A stretch of DNA of 20,076 nucleotides from the NCBI GenBank assembly GCA_965662845.1, contig CBFIJD010000038.1:8046-28121 (forward strand), in the 5' to 3' direction. The translations under genes were made by a program, and so were the position numbers. Source of the DNA: an uncultured bacterium. Lineage in GTDB: Bacteria; SAR324; NAC60-12. This document shows, one piece after another, positions 16,686 to 20,076 of this stretch (positions are counted from its first letter, which is position 1; each line of letters starts with the position of its first letter). The notes beneath the pieces are model-generated. The model ran no database searches. It was given only the letters and a program-made list of their open reading frames with translations, and was not told the origin of the DNA.

Positions 16686-16758
16686 TGCCCAGAAAATCAT
16701 CACGGGATGCTGCTCAAAAAACGAACATCCGCCCACTAGAGTGCCAAAAAAACAGACG
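16686..16758. promoter_or_regulatory. Candidate NtrC-like enhancer sites (three 17-bp TGC-A-tract elements)
   Basis: TGCCCAGAAAATCATCA (16686-16702), TGCTCAAAAAACGAACA (16711-16727) and TGCCAAAAAAACAGACG (16742-16758) resemble TGCAC-N7(AT-rich)-GTGCA. The last two are 31 bp apart. Confidence 0.4.
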
Positions 16759-16761
16759 GTC

Positions 16762-17589
16762 TCACCCAAACAGCTCGCTCGCTCTCCATTTCGCATATTG
16801 ATCGGCCTCCGCTTGCTTCCCACGTTTGCGAAATCCCTGCTCTAATATCTCGCATTTGCGTCGATACACACGCTGCAAGGCGGCTTGTTCCAGTTGATTG
16901 AGGGGAACGGTCGCCGCAATTTTCTGCAAAGACTGCACGCGAAACCGATCGTTTCCCCAGTGACGCGCAGAGAGTTGATCGGGGTGGCCGCCGTGCCGCA
17001 GCATCAGGGCTTCTGGGAGATGCTTCACACGGAATCGCGAGGCGATGCGGAGCCACAAGTCATAGTCCTCGCAGACCTCAAGAGATTCGTCAAAGAGACC
17101 GCAGACCTCGAAGACGTCTCTGCGAAGCAAGATTGTGGAAGGAGCCATCAAACAAAGCTCTAGGCTTGGGATGAAGATCCAACCTTCGCGCTTGCGGTGT
17201 CGCTTTGCAGGGTTGACGCGCCTGCCGTTCCGAATCCAAATTTCGTCCGTGAAATGCACCGCTTCAGCGCGCTGGGCCACGACCGCCATTTGACGCTCCA
17301 ATTTGTGAGGCAGCCACACGTCGTCCGAATCTAAAAAAGCCACCCATGCGCTGTCGCTGTGGGAAATCCCCCAATTTCGGGCTGCGCTCACGCCTTGGGT
17401 AGCGCTGAGACGATGTCGCCGCACATGGGCAAAATCGCGCTCCAACAACCAGGGCGTCTCATCCGTCGATCCATCATCGACCACGATCAACTCAACATCC
17501 CGATACGTCTGTTGTGAGACCGATTGCAGAGCCTCTGAGAGGCAGTGTGCGCGGTTCCAAGTGGGAACAATCACCGAAATGCGGGGCAA
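16762..17589 (-). CDS. Glycosyltransferase family 2 (GT-A fold)
   Basis: ISVIVPTWNR, IVVDDGSTD, GVSAARN.G, FLDSDD (DxD), GLFDE and EDYDLWLR. TTG start 6 nt after the rodZ stop. Confidence 0.9.
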   Translation of the reverse strand: MPRISVIVPTWNRAHCLSEALQSVSQQTYRDVELIVVDDGSTDETPWLLERDFAHVRRHRLSATQGVSAARNWGISHSDSAWVAFLDSDDVWLPHKLERQMAVVAQRAEAVHFTDEIWIRNGRRVNPAKRHRKREGWIFIPSLELCLMAPSTILLRRDVFEVCGLFDESLEVCEDYDLWLRIASRFRVKHLPEALMLRHGGHPDQLSARHWGNDRFRVQSLQKIAATVPLNQLEQAALQRVYRRKCEILEQGFRKRGKQAEADQYAKWRASELFG

Positions 17590-17595
17590 GGGAAC

Positions 17596-18579
17596 TTATT
17601 CTGCGGAAGAAGAAGCGGAGAGGCGCCAGTTGGTTTGCAGTTGGCTCGCAGTCGGTGGCTCAACGGATTGTCCGTTGAGTTTGACGGTCAGCGCGCTGGC
17701 ATCCCCAACCGTGAGGACATACAGCTCCTTTGCCGATTCCCAAGCGCGTGATTCTTGGGCCTGGAGTTTGAGCAGCTCGGGTGGCTGCTCATCCGCTTGA
17801 ACGGAGATCCACACCGGAGCCGAAGCGACAATAGAGAGCGCCAGATTCGGCCTGCTCGCGGCAGGTTTGGTGGCCTGTGACGCTGAGCTTGGCGTCTCGG
17901 CAACCGAGGCTTGCTCTGGCGCGACGGGTGGTTCCACCACCGCCATTGCCGGGGGTTCAGGCTCGGCCGCTGGGGGTTCGGCGACTGTCGCAGGCTTCGG
18001 TAGCGACCTGCCAGTGGCGGTCCCTTGCGCAACCTCGGAGGCGATTGGGGCCGGCGCTGTGGTGGGCTCAAGCCTCACCGGCTCCGCTTCCCGCGCGACC
18101 TCTGTTTGGGGTGGCGTCACAGGAGTCGCCGCTTCTGATTCGACGGTCTCTGCGGGTCTCTCTTCGAGCAGCGCAGATTCTTGCGACCAAATCAACAGCC
18201 CTCCTGCCACCAGCACAAACAGGGTCAACAGCCACCGGTTGAATGGCTTCGCCGGTTCCTCCGACGAGCGTTTTTCGGCTTCCGCTCTTGGTGACAGCAG
18301 CGGTTCCTCGGCTGTCGACACATCCAGCAAGCTCGAATACCGCGCTAGCGTCTCTGTTTCGATGTTGAGGAAGCGGGTGTAAGTGCGCAAAAAACCTCGT
18401 AAGAACACCGCGCCCGGCGGGACATCTAGCTCGCCTCGCTCAAGGTGCTCAATGATGTGCACATCGAGTCGTGTTTGCGCTGACACTTCGTTCAGGCTCA
18501 GACGCTTTGCTTCGCGACGCTCACGCAGCAATGTCCCTAACTCTGTTTCGCGAGAAGACGCCGTGGTTTCTTCGCTCAT
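17596..18579 (-). CDS. rodZ: RodZ-like cell-shape protein (HTH - TM - Pro/Ala linker - DUF4115-like domain)
   Basis: LGTLLRERRE...LSLNEVS...LERG and FLRGFLRTYTRFL; TM segment WLLTLFVLVAGGLLIW; C-terminal VWISVQAD...LTVGDASALTVKLNG. ATGA overlap with the glnE stop. Confidence 0.85.
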   Translation of the reverse strand: MSEETTASSRETELGTLLRERREAKRLSLNEVSAQTRLDVHIIEHLERGELDVPPGAVFLRGFLRTYTRFLNIETETLARYSSLLDVSTAEEPLLSPRAEAEKRSSEEPAKPFNRWLLTLFVLVAGGLLIWSQESALLEERPAETVESEAATPVTPPQTEVAREAEPVRLEPTTAPAPIASEVAQGTATGRSLPKPATVAEPPAAEPEPPAMAVVEPPVAPEQASVAETPSSASQATKPAASRPNLALSIVASAPVWISVQADEQPPELLKLQAQESRAWESAKELYVLTVGDASALTVKLNGQSVEPPTASQLQTNWRLSASSSAE

Positions 18580-20075
18580 GCAGCCGGTTCCTGTTGAAAG
18601 ATTCGGTCGTAGATGGTGCGCACATCTGCGGTGATGCGCCCTAGCTCTTGATCAAGGTCGCCAGAGTGGAGGTTGTGTCGGCTGAGCAGCGTCAACAGCG
18701 GCCCCTGTGGCAACTTGTCGAAATCCAGCGTGTTGACAGATTCATCGTACAGCAGGCGGAGGTAGTTTTCGATGAGGCGCACCCAGCGGTATGCGTGGCG
18801 CAGCGTGTTGACTTCTTCCGCGCTGAGCAGTTGTAGGGCGCCACAAGCTTGGATCGCCTCCAGCGTGCTGGGCGTGCGCAGCTCGGGGTGATCAACAGCA
18901 TGACGCAGCTGCAGATATTGCGCGAGGAATTCAATGTCGAGCAGTCCGCCTCGACCTTCTTTGAGGTTTCGTTTTCGGGAGGTTTCTCCTGCAAGCTCGG
19001 TTTCTTTGCGATATCGCAAGTGGGCGATCTGCTGACGCATGTCTTCTGGCGCTTTCCACTCATATACAGAGCGCTGCAGAACCTGTGTGACGCGCTCTCG
19101 CCACTCTTCCTCTTCGTCGCCTCCGACGACGCGTCCCTTAATCAAGGCCTGATGTTCCCAAGGTTGCGATGTGCGGTGGTAGTCCGCGTATGCGTCCAGC
19201 GCTGTCACTAGTACGCCCGAGTTGCCCGAGGGGCGCAGTCGCGTATCTAATTTGTAAGCAAAGCCCGCCCCGGTCATCGTCGAGAGGGTCGTGATCAAGC
19301 GCTGGATGAGTTTGACATAAAATTGCTGGTTGCCTTGTTTGCGCGCCCCGTCCGTTTCTCCGCCGGCTGAATAGATGAAGATCAGGTCCAAGTCGGAGTG
19401 ATATGTGAGTTCGCTGCCTCCGAGCTTGCCCATCCCAATGATAGCGAACTTTGCGGGCGTTCCGTCCCGATGGAGAGGAGAGCCAAAGCGCTGCTGCAGA
19501 GCCTTGAAACACAGTTCGAACGCGGCTTGCAGCACGATCTCCGCCAGCAGGGTGAGGCCTTCTCGCGCCTTCTCATAGGTAATCAACCCGTCCAGTTCAG
19601 CGCTGCCGAGCAAAAACGTTTGCGTATGCTTGAAGCGCCGCAATGTGTCCAGTTCGTCTTCTTCAAACGCACAAGCCGCCAGTTGCTGCTGTAGCTCGTG
19701 TTGCCACGCTTTTCGCTGAATGCGCAGCTCACTGGGGTCTAAGCGTTGGAGCAGCTCGGTGTGATTGAGCAAGTGATTCCAAAGCGTCTCACTGGTGGAG
19801 GCAATCGTCGCGAGGCGCTCCCATGTCGCGGGATGCTTGAGCAGCGGGGGATAGTGCTCCAGTCGCCCCCCGATGGAGTCAAACAAGCGAAAAAACCGCT
19901 TTTGTAGCAAGTCCTCCGCGGTTTGACGCAAAACGGGGCTCAACTGGCGGGCGACATTTTCCAGCAAGCGAGAGTCGGCTTCGCTGAAGTGACGAAAGCG
20001 CGTGCTGTTGCGCAGCGAGGCTTCGACCTCTAAGTGCGTTTGATCAAAGAGCCCGCCGAAGATGCCGCGCACCGC
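18576..20075 (-). CDS. glnE: Bifunctional glutamine synthetase adenylyltransferase/adenylyl-removing enzyme, C-terminal half (5'-truncated by the window edge)
   Basis: LRRFK, IIGMGKLGGSELTYHSDLDLIF, DTRLRPSG.SG.LV, WEHQAL and NLKEGRGGLLDIEF.AQYLQL. The frame is open to the window end. Confidence 0.93.
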   Translation of the reverse strand, partial: AVRGIFGGLFDQTHLEVEASLRNSTRFRHFSEADSRLLENVARQLSPVLRQTAEDLLQKRFFRLFDSIGGRLEHYPPLLKHPATWERLATIASTSETLWNHLLNHTELLQRLDPSELRIQRKAWQHELQQQLAACAFEEDELDTLRRFKHTQTFLLGSAELDGLITYEKAREGLTLLAEIVLQAAFELCFKALQQRFGSPLHRDGTPAKFAIIGMGKLGGSELTYHSDLDLIFIYSAGGETDGARKQGNQQFYVKLIQRLITTLSTMTGAGFAYKLDTRLRPSGNSGVLVTALDAYADYHRTSQPWEHQALIKGRVVGGDEEEEWRERVTQVLQRSVYEWKAPEDMRQQIAHLRYRKETELAGETSRKRNLKEGRGGLLDIEFLAQYLQLRHAVDHPELRTPSTLEAIQACGALQLLSAEEVNTLRHAYRWVRLIENYLRLLYDESVNTLDFDKLPQGPLLTLLSRHNLHSGDLDQELGRITADVRTIYDRIFQQEPAA

Positions 20076-20076
20076 G

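Noticed and set aside
16703..16731. GGATG...CATCC inverted repeat as an intrinsic terminator for the GT2 gene
   Set aside because: Only a 5-bp stem with a long loop and no adjacent U-tract; better explained as flanking a protein-binding site.

Overview
GC-rich bacterial chromosomal window, almost fully coding and mostly core genes; the gene set suggests a deltaproteobacterial-like lineage, possibly SAR324 (inference only). The + strand block (1-5138) holds the 3' end of a beta-hydroxyacid dehydrogenase, a PAP2 phosphatase, a long lipoprotein S41 protease and a small putative outer-membrane beta-barrel. A - strand run (20076->5143) holds glnE (partial), rodZ, a GT2 glycosyltransferase, glnB, ptsP, holA, a PP2C phosphatase, polA, ispH, two unknown exported/membrane proteins and lnt. 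It is interrupted only by a + strand Ham1/ITPase gene. No rRNA, tRNA, CRISPR array, transposase or phage gene was recognised. The best lead is a probable sigma54/NtrC-type transcription unit joining nitrogen signalling (PII, GAF-EI(Ntr)) to holA, a PP2C phosphatase and polA. Others are an antisense ITPase with a variant SMR motif, a PolA motif-B Gly->Arg variant, and a G-quadruplex motif in the polA-ispH spacer. None is proven novel from the sequence alone.
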